DNA of 64,000 nt. It comes from Histomonas meleagridis 2922-C6/04-290x. Lineage: Eukaryota; Protista; Parabasalia. The number at the start of each line of letters is the position of its first letter. Positions within the stretch are counted from its first letter, which is position 1. The position numbers and the translations under genes were made by a program. The stretch covers positions 1-64,000 of the forward strand of contig JAANOX010000087.1 of NCBI GenBank assembly GCA_020184695.1, in the 5' to 3' direction. Positions 11,880 to 23,316 of the stretch are shown here, one piece after another. The notes beneath the pieces were generated by a model. It was given only the letters and a program-made list of their open reading frames with translations. It was not told where the DNA came from and did no database searches.

Positions 11880-13346
11880 ATGATATCAACACCAAAGGGA
11901 AAAGAAGAAATATACTATGCTTACAAAGAAAAATCAGGAAGATTATATTTCCATGATCCAATAAAAAATATTGTAACATGGGATGTTCCTATAAATGCAA
12001 TAATTTATGATGGAAAAAAATTAATACCAATAAACTTTGTTGAAGATCAAAAAACTTATTTTAAGAAATCATTAATGAATGATTATACAATAATACCAAA
12101 AAATAATTTTACAGAAATATCAACAAAAAGACAAATACAAACAAAAATTTCTCTTTCTAATATTTTTAAAACAGATTCAAATTTCACAGAAGAAAATTAT
12201 AAATATCTTCCACCTTCTATTGAAACAGATCGGAATCTCAAAGAATTCCAAAAATTTATTGAACTACATTTTGCTTTAAATTTAAACAAAGGTTCGAAAA
12301 AAAATTTAATACTAAAAGAATTTCCAAATTTATCATTTATTTATAATTATAAAGATGAATCAAAAATCAAAAATTACATAAAAATTTCAAAAAAACATAT
12401 TCTCAAATATATTGAAACTCGAAAAACAAAAAAGATTTGTAAGTTTACCCAAGTTGTATCTAAAAATATTTTAGTTATCGATGAAATTTATCTCAAATTA
12501 GTGTACTGGATAAAAATTTCAAAATCAATGGAAAAAACAAATAGGTTTTGGGAAATAATGCTCGTAATGTCGACTTTATTTCTTCCTGATAAACAAATAT
12601 TTCCTATATTAAGAAATTTTCTTGCAATTTCATCATTTTCGTCACATAAAAAGACTGCACATATCGCTCGTTTATCTTATATTCGTTTTATAACATTATG
12701 CAAAAGAAATTGTAATTTCAGAAATCTTACAGATAATGCAATTGCTGGAATTCCATCACATTTAACTAATTATCCATTTTTAATTGGAGCTTCTTTATAT
12801 GAATTATTTTTTCTACAGAACATATCTCAAAATTCATTAATACCTATACCCATTTTTATTCATAACATATGCGAAACAATTTTAGCAAGGGGAAACGAAA
12901 TTAAAAATGAAATATTTCAAGTTTCTGTAATGCAAAATGTAATTAACCAAATTGTTAATGAAATGGATGTTGGAAATTTAGATTTATCCAAATCAAACGT
13001 AAAAGATCTCGGGTCAATATTAAAGAGGTGGATATCTAGTTTACCCGAGCCTTTAGTTCCATTATCTTTACTGATGAAATATAAAAGTAATGATTATATA
13101 AAAATCATTTCTGAAATAGGAGAACTCAATAAATATATTTTAGGGTATCTGGTAGGATTCTTAACAAAATTTTATGGGAAGACAAACAAGAATGTTGAAA
13201 CAATTTCTTTAATATTTGGATATGATATCTTTCAACTCTCAACAATAAATCCAAATGAAATTAAAAAATATACAGTCATTGCAAAGTGTTTTTTTATGAA
13301 CCTAATTAAAGAGTGGAATGTTTCCTTTGTTTATCCAATCAAATGA
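11880..13346 (+). CDS. ARHGAP39/Vilse-like WW-MyTH4-RhoGAP protein, probably catalytically dead
   Basis: N-terminal WW-like YFHDPIKNIVTWDVP, MyTH4-like DEIYLKL..RFWEIM, and GAP-like LKRWISSLPEPLVP. The arginine finger FR is replaced by FQ. Confidence 0.65.
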   Translation: MISTPKGKEEIYYAYKEKSGRLYFHDPIKNIVTWDVPINAIIYDGKKLIPINFVEDQKTYFKKSLMNDYTIIPKNNFTEISTKRQIQTKISLSNIFKTDSNFTEENYKYLPPSIETDRNLKEFQKFIELHFALNLNKGSKKNLILKEFPNLSFIYNYKDESKIKNYIKISKKHILKYIETRKTKKICKFTQVVSKNILVIDEIYLKLVYWIKISKSMEKTNRFWEIMLVMSTLFLPDKQIFPILRNFLAISSFSSHKKTAHIARLSYIRFITLCKRNCNFRNLTDNAIAGIPSHLTNYPFLIGASLYELFFLQNISQNSLIPIPIFIHNICETILARGNEIKNEIFQVSVMQNVINQIVNEMDVGNLDLSKSNVKDLGSILKRWISSLPEPLVPLSLLMKYKSNDYIKIISEIGELNKYILGYLVGFLTKFYGKTNKNVETISLIFGYDIFQLSTINPNEIKKYTVIAKCFFMNLIKEWNVSFVYPIK

Positions 13347-13852
13347 TTAATCATTACCTTGCTTAAGGTAAAATTGGATTATATTTTATAAACTTTAGTA
13401 CTTTGTAAGTAAGAATCTTAGGATTATTTTAAAATCTGTATAATTTTTGAGAAATATTAAATTATTTTTAATTATGAAATAAAGATCCCAGTGATTTTCT
13501 TTTTGAAGCTTGGACGGAATTTAGATTCATGGACTAAATAATGAAATAAATGATAAAATTACAAATTTTGCCAACATGTTTTTAACTTTATAAAAAATCT
13601 GACAACTTGTTGTTTTTCTAAAAACTGAACAAAATTTTTGTTTGCTTTACATTTTTTCGGCCGATAATAACCCATTCAACAGCAAAAAACCCTGGAAATC
13701 GTAAACTAGTCAATATTTCTGGCACAAAGGCACTTTCTGTGGGTACAGTTGGTGTTAACAGGCGTGGATTAGTTTTTGAATGGGTGATGAATTGAATTAC
13801 TCAAATATTTGAATGCAATATTTAAAATTCAATCAATAACCAACAAAAGAAA

Positions 13853-15286
13853 ATGTTGTTCTGGCCAACACTCATCCTAATTACATTTTTTAAAACCAAT
13901 TCACAAAAATCAAATGAATCCAATAAATTAAAGGCAAGGTTAGTCGATCTAAATAATAAAATAGATTTCAACAAATTTTTGAAAGGTATAAATCTAAATA
14001 GTGCACATCAGCCAAGGCTAAAAGAACTTACAAACAATGAAGGAAATGAAGGCCAAGACCCAGAAACTACAACTGATTCAACAACAGAATCTTCCAGTGA
14101 TTCAACAACAGAATCTTCCAGTGATTCAACAACAGAATCTTCCAGCGATCCGACAGATACATTTTCTCAATCTAATACATATTCTCAATCCAACACGTAT
14201 TCTCAATCTAACACATTTTCACAATCCAACACATATTCTCAGTCCAATACATTTTCACAATCCAACACATATTCTCAATCCAATACATTCTCTCAATCCA
14301 ACACGTATTCTCAATCCAATACATTCTCTCAATCCAACACGTATTCTCAATCCAATACATTTTCACAATCCAACACATATTCTCAGTCCAATACATTTTC
14401 ACAATCCAACACATATTCTCAATCCAATACATTTTCACAATCCAACACATATTCTCAGTCCAATACATTTTCACAATCCAACACATATTCTCAGTCCAAT
14501 ACATTTTCACAATCCAACACATATTCTCAGTCCAATACATTCTCACAATCTAATACCTTCTCACAATCTAATACCTTCTCACAATCTAATACCTTCTCAC
14601 AATCTAATACCTTCTCACAATCTAATACATTCTCACAATCCAATACATTCTCACAATCTAATACATTCTCACAATCTAATACATTCTCACAATCCAATAC
14701 ATTCTCACAATCTAATACCTTCTCACAATCTAATACCTTCTCACAATCTAATACATTCTCTCAATCCAATACCTTCACTGGATCTCATCCATTTACACAA
14801 AGTAATTCATTTTCCGCCTCTTTACCATTCGGTGCCTCTGTGTCTATGTCTTACATTCTCACCAGTGTCATTGTTTATTCTTATTCAATGGTTGCTGAGT
14901 CGATTTCTACCCAAACATCCACATTTGGCCCATCGCTCGTTGGCCAAGCGTACATTTCCACATGGTTTAACATCAACACAGTTTTGGTAGAATACAGAGA
15001 TACTATGGTTCTCTCATATCAAAATGAGTACGTTGAGTTCTACACATACTTCCTTCCAAGCAGCGATAACACGACAACAATTGTTGTTGTTGTTGTAGTT
15101 GTTGTTGTTGTTGTTGTTATCATTGCGGCAGCTTTAATTGCGTTCTTTGTCATCAGAAAGAAGAAGCAAAACGTAATTTCAAGCCAAGATTTATTCTCAG
15201 ATAAAAAGAATAACTCATCAAGTCATGATGAAAAAGACTCGGCTTCAGATATTGATGAAAATAACATCGAAGAACTGTTCATTTAA
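13853..15286 (+). CDS. Type I surface protein with (F/Y)SQSNT repeat stalk
   Basis: Hydrophobic N-terminus, DSTTESSS x3, 34 hexapeptide repeats, poly-Val TM helix followed by RKKK, acidic cytoplasmic tail. Confidence 0.85.
   Translation: MLFWPTLILITFFKTNSQKSNESNKLKARLVDLNNKIDFNKFLKGINLNSAHQPRLKELTNNEGNEGQDPETTTDSTTESSSDSTTESSSDSTTESSSDPTDTFSQSNTYSQSNTYSQSNTFSQSNTYSQSNTFSQSNTYSQSNTFSQSNTYSQSNTFSQSNTYSQSNTFSQSNTYSQSNTFSQSNTYSQSNTFSQSNTYSQSNTFSQSNTYSQSNTFSQSNTYSQSNTFSQSNTFSQSNTFSQSNTFSQSNTFSQSNTFSQSNTFSQSNTFSQSNTFSQSNTFSQSNTFSQSNTFSQSNTFSQSNTFTGSHPFTQSNSFSASLPFGASVSMSYILTSVIVYSYSMVAESISTQTSTFGPSLVGQAYISTWFNINTVLVEYRDTMVLSYQNEYVEFYTYFLPSSDNTTTIVVVVVVVVVVVVIIAAALIAFFVIRKKKQNVISSQDLFSDKKNNSSSHDEKDSASDIDENNIEELFI
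14162..14773 (+). repeat. 18-bp coding tandem repeat, 34 units
   Basis: 612 nt = 34 x 18. Units are TTY/TAT TCW CAR TCY AAY ACV. Confidence 0.95.
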
Positions 15287-15784
15287 GTATCACAAAGCTA
15301 AAGCTGTTATAACATTATCAAATAAATTAAACATTCGTTAAAATTTTTGTGTAAAGCGGCCGTTAATATTGTTGGGGTGCCCTATGGGGTACTCCATTTG
15401 CTGAAAAAATAACTTCGAAGTGAGACTGCTGCAGAGTGCGCAGCTGTAATGTGATCAAATGAACGAACAGTTGTGGCGTCACATTTGGGATTGAGTTATA
15501 TCAAATATAGGAAATTTCATAAAATTCAAAAGTTGATTTTTTAATTTTTATATTCAGTTTGGTATAAGAGATACTCAGATTGAAAGAGGTTACGCAATAA
15601 ATGCTGAACCAGTAAAAAAAATTAATTGAAAAAAACATTACAAAAAATTCGAAAAAATTAATGGAAAGTATATGTCGGTTAGAGAAAGAAATAGATGCAT
15701 ATATTCAACAAATCAAAAAAAAAAATAATGTGATAATCAAATTTAATGAACTTATTTAAAATATATAACATATGTAAAATCTTA

Positions 15785-16315
15785 TCAGGACGAATTAAAG
15801 GCATCTGGTAACCGAGATTTAAGAGAGGAAACCTCTTGTTGAAGTTGTTTGATCTGTAGTGATTGCTTATTTCTAATTTGGTCTGCTTCAATATATTTCT
15901 GTAAAAGTTGCTCAAGCCTAGTAGACAGCTCAGCAACCTTGAAATCAGTATGTTCTAAAATAGATATTTTTGCTTTCAATCTTGCATTTTCTATTTGTAA
16001 TTTTTCCATTTCTTGATAATCTTTAATTCTTTGTTCCTTTAGCTCAGAAATTATTCTTGATGCCTCTTCAACCGAAATGTCAACGAAATCTTTGGAATTA
16101 TTATATGTATTTGAATGCTGTTTTTTAGTGTTTTGTATTTCAGTTTCGATTGCACCTTTCGATTCTGCTGAGGTACCTTCTTTAATTGTGTTTGCTGCTG
16201 AAGAATTTTGATTATCATCAAATTTTGATGAAGTTATTTCAATTTGTTCTTCTTCGTGATCTAAGCCAAATTCAGCATTAAAATCATCTATAATTTTATC
16301 AATGAAATCGGACAT
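15785..16315 (-). CDS. Coiled-coil hypothetical protein
   Basis: ORF with heptad-rich C-terminus. Probable start is MSDFIDK at 16315. Confidence 0.7.
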   Translation of the reverse strand: MSDFIDKIIDDFNAEFGLDHEEEQIEITSSKFDDNQNSSAANTIKEGTSAESKGAIETEIQNTKKQHSNTYNNSKDFVDISVEEASRIISELKEQRIKDYQEMEKLQIENARLKAKISILEHTDFKVAELSTRLEQLLQKYIEADQIRNKQSLQIKQLQQEVSSLKSRLPDAFNSS

Positions 16316-17144
16316 GCTAGAAGAAGTTTCCTTCAAATGTCTAAGAAAGAAAAAAATAAAATTTTTCATCCTTTACCATAAAATCACACACAAGTAGCTA
16401 AGTATCTTACAAACGAATTTTTCTTAGGAATTATTTCTATTCTTTATTGGAAAAATTCGAAAATCTTGATCAAGATTCACAAAAACACTTAAAAGTTCAT
16501 TTTGAAACAGATGGCTTCAAGACATAAATTTTCATTTGGTATGCCTAACTCATGAGTTTCATATGAAATTTATGACATTATTGTTTTCATATCATTATGA
16601 TAAAAACAGTTTTTATAAAGAAAATGGAAACAAAACGAATAAGAAATAGAAATAACGTGAAAAAGAATTCACATATATTATTGATTTAAGAAATTAAAAA
16701 AAAAAATAAATAAATAGAGAAAAACGGCCTAAAAAAAAGGAACATGAAAGTTAACTTAACTTTTGTTGATGAAACAAACAGATTAAAAACCTTGTGTTTT
16801 TTGGTTATGGGGTTTTTGAGAGCGGTGTTCAACGCAATTTTCTTTCAATATTGAAATATTTTCCATATAAAGTTCTTAAAATGCTGGAAATCGAGACTTT
16901 GACCAAACTATTGATAACTTTACTCTGCAAAAACAATTTTTTTTCTTTAGATTTTATAATTAAAATAAAATTTGCGAGTTTTAAACATTTTTTTATATGT
17001 TTTCTTTCTGTTGTAAATGCAACCTATTTATTTTAGATATTTTTTCAGATTTATTTAAAAAAAATAAAAGAATATCACTGGAAAAAATTGTTTATATAAA
17101 TAATTATTTCAATGTTGACAAACAATTTGTCAACGCCCTTCTGA

Positions 17145-17786
17145 ATGTTGCATGGAACGCCATTTCCACTCCAAATTGCAATAAAAAATACACAAGGCGG
17201 CAGACAAATGTTTTCTGCCGAAGAAGACTTCATGCTAAAAAATCTTGTTGCTAGATTCGGAGATAAAGATTGGAAAATAATTGCAGAAAACATGCCTAAT
17301 AGAACTACAAAACAATGTCGAGAAAGATATAAAAATTACCTTTCACCAAATATTAGGAACGATCCATGGACACCAGAAGAAGATAAAATTCTCATCCAAA
17401 AATACAGTGAATTAGGGCCAAAATGGTCAACAATTGCCTCATTTTTGGATAGGAGATCAGATGTTAATATAAAAAATAGATGGACTTCGTTATCATGCCA
17501 TCATACAAAAAAGTTGCAAATGCAACAAAAAGAGGAGCTTTCAAACAAGAAGGTCCCCAACCAAAGCACGCCACCAATTTCACAAGGCAATGAACATAAT
17601 GGAATGATTTTAAATTCAGGTACAGTCCCTCAAACAAAATCAAATGAAGTGGGTGCAATAGATTTGTTTTCTCCTGCAAGTGGAATTCTGTCACAAGATT
17701 TAAAGACTGAATTAATTATAGATAAAAAAATTGAAAAAGAAAATTTAAAGTCCACATTCCTTAACTATGGAGGAAAGTACTGGTGA
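17145..17786 (+). CDS. R2R3 Myb transcription factor
   Basis: FSAEED..WKIIAENMPNRTTKQCRERYKNYL..WTPEED..KWSTIA..RSDVNIKNRW. Confidence 0.92.
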   Translation: MLHGTPFPLQIAIKNTQGGRQMFSAEEDFMLKNLVARFGDKDWKIIAENMPNRTTKQCRERYKNYLSPNIRNDPWTPEEDKILIQKYSELGPKWSTIASFLDRRSDVNIKNRWTSLSCHHTKKLQMQQKEELSNKKVPNQSTPPISQGNEHNGMILNSGTVPQTKSNEVGAIDLFSPASGILSQDLKTELIIDKKIEKENLKSTFLNYGGKYW

Positions 17787-18750
17787 TTGTTAGGCCGTTC
17801 CAAAACTAATTGTAAATAAACACATTAATATTTCAAATCTTGTTTTTTGTTTTTTTTTGCGTTACAAATTGACACTTTTCTTATAAGGCTTCTTGAAATT
17901 TTCACATTATTTTATACATCAAAACAAAATAAATGACGAATAGAAAGAGAAAAGCCTGTGGATCCATTGCATCTTAAATTACATCATATCGTATTGTCAC
18001 AAATAATTTTCAAGAAAATCTTGAATTAATTAAATTTAATTTAATTTTTGTTTAAACATTATATAATCATTATAAGTATTGACATTTATAATTCTAATGA
18101 TACAACACATATTGGAACTAAAAATGCTGAATTTTACCAAGAAAATCCCACTTACAAAAATTTGACGATAAAAAATTTGTGTATCTATCGTACAAAAAAT
18201 GTGATGAGCTGTTCAAATAAAATTATTAAAAATATCTTTTAATTCAACTATAAAGATAAGATAAGATACTACTATATCTACATGCTAGTATTGATATTCA
18301 ATTTTGATATATTTAATAAAAATTCATAATTTTTCTCCTCATCTGAAAAAAGATCATTCTGATACAATACTTTTTATATTTTACGTAATACGAAAGCAAA
18401 TTTTCTTTTAAATTCTTGTTCTTTTTATGATGAAAAATGTCAAATTATATTCAAGTGTAAATGTTTGTTGAATACATTTTCCATAATATTTGGATAAATT
18501 GGGCTTATGTAAGGTTTGCGATGAGATAATATTTGGTTTAATTCGAAATTTTATGGATATGAAGAAATTGATGAAACTTCCGTTTATCGACCGTTTATTA
18601 ATTAACACGGTTTTTTTCAACTATTCCCTCAGAATTCATATCCCATTGAATATTTCAACAGTCAAAAATTCTTACCGTCATACGTTAAGCATTTAAAAAT
18701 TATGGTGTGTTCGTAACACAAATTTTCAAAGTATTTTGGATCAGCAGCAG

Positions 18751-19098
18751 ATGGAAGAAAATATCGAAGAGACAAAGAAAAGTATCTCATGCTGTTCCAT
18801 CCTATCAGACATAATCAGTATTCTTTTGGTTCTCACAGAAATTATTCTTATTTTTACATTCCATATACCTAATTCTTTACCACCGTTTATACTATTACTT
18901 AGAGATATTGTCGGATATACACTTGTGTTACCAATCATGCTCATGATGTATTTTAAATTGTACCATAAATTACTTAATTTAACAGAAACAATATCATACG
19001 ATAAAATTCAAACAGAATCAGAAGAAACTTTACAAGTACAACAAGAGGAAGAGGAACAAGCAGAACAAAGCAAAATCGAAAACCAAACGGAAATTTAA
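18751..19098 (+). CDS. Small two-TM hypothetical protein
   Basis: Two hydrophobic segments and an acidic tail. First ATG 18751. Confidence 0.55.
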   Translation: MEENIEETKKSISCCSILSDIISILLVLTEIILIFTFHIPNSLPPFILLLRDIVGYTLVLPIMLMMYFKLYHKLLNLTETISYDKIQTESEETLQVQQEEEEQAEQSKIENQTEI

Positions 19099-19338
19099 AG
19101 CATATAATATTTTGTTAATCAATTAATACAACTATCCTATTAATAAATATAATATCTATCCTTAATTATTTTTGGTGTAAAAATCAAATTTCTGTGAATT
19201 TTTATATGATCAAAATTAATGATATGAAACAGATTTTCTGAAATTTGTCTTTTTTTATGTCCATTGCTAATCTAAATTTGTTTTGCGGAATGAGTTTTCG
19301 ATCTTTGTGAAGAACATGTTTGCAAACTTGTTGTTTTC

Positions 19339-19346
19339 AACCGTTT
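19339..19346 (+). promoter_or_regulatory. Trichomonad M3-type core promoter element
   Basis: AACCGTTT fits DRCSGYTD, 7 nt upstream of ATG 19354. Confidence 0.55.
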
Positions 19347-19353
19347 ACTTTTA

Positions 19354-21897
19354 ATGGATGGAATTAAAGCAAAGTCATCTTCTCCAAAGTTTAAGGAAGA
19401 CACACAATTTTCACCAAAGAATAAAAAGGTTGATTATTTAAAATATCAAACTTTGGTAATACAAAATGAACATCTTCAAGAAAAAATTAATCAATTGAAT
19501 CAAAGTTTAAAATCAAAAAACAAGCAGCTGAAACAAGCTATTCAAGCATCAAAAGCTGTTGAATCATTTGCAGATCAAATTAAATCATTAAAACAACAAC
19601 TTTCTGAGATGACTCGACAAAGAGATGATGCACTTCAAAAGATTCAAACCTTAAAATTGAATTCTAAAACACCAAAAGAGAACAGCGATTCTAGCTTAAT
19701 ACCAGTTATGGATTTACAAGTCGAAAAAGATTATATTAGCCAAATAAGAAAACTTAGAAATAATCTTGAAGTTGAAAAATCAGAAAATCAAAAATTGCAA
19801 AATGAAGCTGATCATTACAAGCGATGCTTAAACAAGTCACAAAAAAAGATAGAAACATTATCCAATGAAATTTCACAAACTAATAAGAAAAACACACTTC
19901 TTAACGAAACGAACAAAAAACTTCAGTCAGATCTGGAAACAGTTCAACAAGATTTAGATGAAACTACCGAACAATTATCAAATCTCCAAAATCAACGAAT
20001 TAAATTTGAAGATACCATTAGTCAATATCGTAATGAATCTTACAAGAAAAGCGAATCCCTCAATCATATCCAATCCCAATTTGAGAATCAACTTAAAGAA
20101 ATATGTAAATTGAATCAAGAAAGGCAAAAAATGTCAGAATTAATGTATAACCTTCATTCATGCCTTTGTCTTTCTGAGGCAAAATTAGGTGAGCTTCATA
20201 AACAAAATGAACTTTTAGCTAAAAAGATCAAATCCCAAAAAGTTGATAATTTTGAAGAATCGAGGATAAACTTAAGTTCCTTGGAAATCCCACTTGATGG
20301 TGAAATCAAAACGCAATTATACAAGATCATTAGTATGGATCAATTTAGTCCATTGCAACGCATCCAAATGATAATTAACGAACTTTCGAACACAATTTTT
20401 GAATTAAGAAAAACCGATACGATCAAAACCGAAAAAGTGTCGGACATAACCGCTGACTTAAACAATGAAAAAAGAAAAATTGAAACACTTAAAGAGATTC
20501 ATTTTTCATTGATAAAACAACTTCTTCATGTTGTATCTGATGAAGAATCATTAGGGAAAATTGCTTTTTATGATTATGATGAAAACTTTGTTAATTTGAT
20601 CATATCTGAAACAAATAAGCAAGAAATTCTTGCACTTAATTCTGAAGAGGCTAAATATATCCCAAAAGAATTCTTTATTACAGGTGATGTTAATTATAAA
20701 AAACAAATTCTAATGAACAACATTCAAATTAACGACGAGGCACTTTTGTTGTTTACTTCTCAATTTTTAATCAATGAATTACAAAACCGCCAGTTACAAA
20801 AAGCCAAAAATTCTCTTTCAAAGCAGCTCCAAATTGAGAACATTTCAAAGGAATTGAACTGCCCTATTGAAAATATTCAAAGCGCGTTCAATTCTCTTGA
20901 GCAAAAAATTTCACATTTAAAAAATTCTAAATCTAAAACACAAAATGAACTTAAAAGACTTCAAAACAAATTTATTAAACAAAACAAAAATGAAAGTAAA
21001 CGAAAGTTAATGATTGAACAATTACAACAAGAAAATGAAAAACTCAAAGATAAATATAAAATAATTCGAATCCAAAACAAAATTATTACGAACAATAACT
21101 TAATAAATTCTAATGAGCAAAGTGACATACTTCAAAACGAAACAAATGAAACCATAAAAACACTACAAGAAGAAGTCGAAGCTCAAATTGATGAAAACAA
21201 CAAATTAAATGATCAAATTAATGAACTAAAATCGAAACATATCCAAGAAATATCGATGGAGAAGCAGAAACATTTTATAAATGAAAACAAATATAAACAA
21301 GAAATTAATGAACTTAAGGAAACAATCGAAAACTATGAAAATGTAATCACGAAATTACGGAAAAAGACGAAGAACACAAAAGTTTCATTAACAAAACAAT
21401 ATAAAGAATCAATTAATGATATGGAGAAACAACAAAATGAATCGAAACAATCGTATGAAAGCTCAATAAAAACTATAAAAGAAAAGGCATTAGAATCACG
21501 CGAACTCGTAAAGAAACTTACGAATTTACTCAACGAAAGCAAAGAAACAAACGAAAGAATTAAAATCGAAAACGAAGAATTAAACACAAAAATTAAAACA
21601 TTGGAAATGAATAATAAAATAATGTCCGAACAAATTAATAAGGAAAAACAAATTATAAAAAATCAATTGTCAGCACAACAAATAATTTGTCAGTCCAAAA
21701 TTCAGGACGTAATAAGGAAATTGAAAAACGAGTTTAACGAAGAAAAAGAAAATTTGTTGAAAATCGTTTCGAAGCCGTTGTCTGGATTGTATAAAATAGA
21801 TATAAATAATTTCGATGAGGAAGCGCTCAATTGTTTGGTAGATAAGATTAGAAACGATATAGAAAAACTTCGGATGTTACAAAATGCATCGATTTGA
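19354..21897 (+). CDS. Long coiled-coil hypothetical protein
   Basis: 847 aa, K/E/Q/N-rich heptads. Confidence 0.85.
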   Translation: MDGIKAKSSSPKFKEDTQFSPKNKKVDYLKYQTLVIQNEHLQEKINQLNQSLKSKNKQLKQAIQASKAVESFADQIKSLKQQLSEMTRQRDDALQKIQTLKLNSKTPKENSDSSLIPVMDLQVEKDYISQIRKLRNNLEVEKSENQKLQNEADHYKRCLNKSQKKIETLSNEISQTNKKNTLLNETNKKLQSDLETVQQDLDETTEQLSNLQNQRIKFEDTISQYRNESYKKSESLNHIQSQFENQLKEICKLNQERQKMSELMYNLHSCLCLSEAKLGELHKQNELLAKKIKSQKVDNFEESRINLSSLEIPLDGEIKTQLYKIISMDQFSPLQRIQMIINELSNTIFELRKTDTIKTEKVSDITADLNNEKRKIETLKEIHFSLIKQLLHVVSDEESLGKIAFYDYDENFVNLIISETNKQEILALNSEEAKYIPKEFFITGDVNYKKQILMNNIQINDEALLLFTSQFLINELQNRQLQKAKNSLSKQLQIENISKELNCPIENIQSAFNSLEQKISHLKNSKSKTQNELKRLQNKFIKQNKNESKRKLMIEQLQQENEKLKDKYKIIRIQNKIITNNNLINSNEQSDILQNETNETIKTLQEEVEAQIDENNKLNDQINELKSKHIQEISMEKQKHFINENKYKQEINELKETIENYENVITKLRKKTKNTKVSLTKQYKESINDMEKQQNESKQSYESSIKTIKEKALESRELVKKLTNLLNESKETNERIKIENEELNTKIKTLEMNNKIMSEQINKEKQIIKNQLSAQQIICQSKIQDVIRKLKNEFNEEKENLLKIVSKPLSGLYKIDINNFDEEALNCLVDKIRNDIEKLRMLQNASI

Positions 21898-22670
21898 ATA
21901 AAAATGTTTTATATAGATTTTGATTTAAATTTTGTTGGAAGATGCAATAAATAATAGAAAACATTTATTTCTTAGATTTCATATGCTTAAAAATATCATC
22001 TAATGATCTTTTGATTTGGAAGATATAATAATATGAACAATATTCAAAGCTTACTTCTTCAGTACATGCAAGAATCAAAATAACCTAACAAACATAGTGC
22101 GTAATACGTATTTGCCGGTAGTCGATTTTCCTCTGACAGTTGTTATCAACGGGTATGTTGAACAAGCCCATTTATTTCTTCTGGAAAATCGGTGATAACA
22201 AGACAATTTTAGTTTAACTGCAATTGGTTCGAACATAATATTTGTAATGAGACCAGAAATAAACATCAACATCAATCCTTTATAAAAATTAACGATGAGT
22301 AAGGTCCGCCTCGGATAGCCTTTTCTTGTAAATTTAGTCCATAATATAATATCATATAGAATGCATAAAGTTAATCTTTTTTTAAATAAAAATGTTAAGA
22401 TAAAATTAATTTTTCTCCTGAATATTTTTAGTGTAATGTTTTAATTGAACGATATAATAAACTATTAAATTTCTAAAAAAGTGTATAAATTTGTTAGAAA
22501 ACCAATTTTGGAAATATACATGATTAATTTTAATGAATTTCTTTTACTCCAACTCAACGATTTGAATATTTAAATAGAACAAAGACGAATTTTGTTCCGT
22601 TCCTGTTACTTTTAAAATTTGCAAAAGATATGATCTTGTTGCACCTTTAGATAAGCTAATATTATATCAA

Positions 22671-23316
22671 ATGGAAGCGACAGACTCTGGTAGCATTGGA
22701 TCCAATCTTAGATGGACATTGAAGAAAGGGTTTCTTACTATCAAAGGAAATGGTCCAATGCGCTATTTCGAAAGTGAAAAACTTGTTCCATGGAAGAACT
22801 TCTTTGATAATATTACAGATCTTAAGATTGAAGAAGGCATTACGTCTATTGGTGATTACGCATTTTATAATGTAAAGAATATTAAATATGAACAATACAG
22901 AGACAAATTGGGATCAATTCAATTATTTGGGAAAAAGGCATTTTCTGATATAGACAATTTCCTTGATGATTTTAAAGCGAAAGCATCGAGCAAAATTAAT
23001 GAATTAATGTTATTAGATGAACAGAATATTGCAAGTTATGCTGCACAAATATCAAATGTAAAATCACATGAAGAATTAAATGAAATTTTTGCAAGTGCAG
23101 AAGCTGCATCAAACAAAAAAGTAGAAGCACAAAAAGCATTAGCAAAGAATAAAATTGATGAGTTAATGTTTTTGGGTGAAGAAAACAAAGCGGATTCCTG
23201 TTGCTGTTGACGTAGTTGCAGCTGTCGTTGTTGTTGCTGTTCTTGTTGTTAGAAAGAGAATTAGCGCACAGAAGAACAAGATAATTGAGGACAATGAAAA
23301 TTCAAATGATGTTTAG
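22671..23316 (+). pseudogene. Internally deleted BspA-like surface protein with GA-module-like helices and a frameshifted TM anchor
   Basis: Bacterial-type BspA N-cap GSNLRWTL..LTIKGNGPM..PW and one TpLRR (IEEGITSIGDYAF). The +1 frame 23194-23316 reads IPVAVDVVAAVVVVAVLVVRKR..stop. Confidence 0.65.

Noticed and set aside
13784-13870. C/D box snoRNA starting at GTGATGA
   Set aside because: No CTGA D box at a suitable distance.
14037-14990. Alternative-frame ORFs (317 aa plus strand; 112 aa minus strand) over the hexapeptide repeat
   Set aside because: Shadow frames kept open by the 18-bp periodicity; no signal or TM logic.
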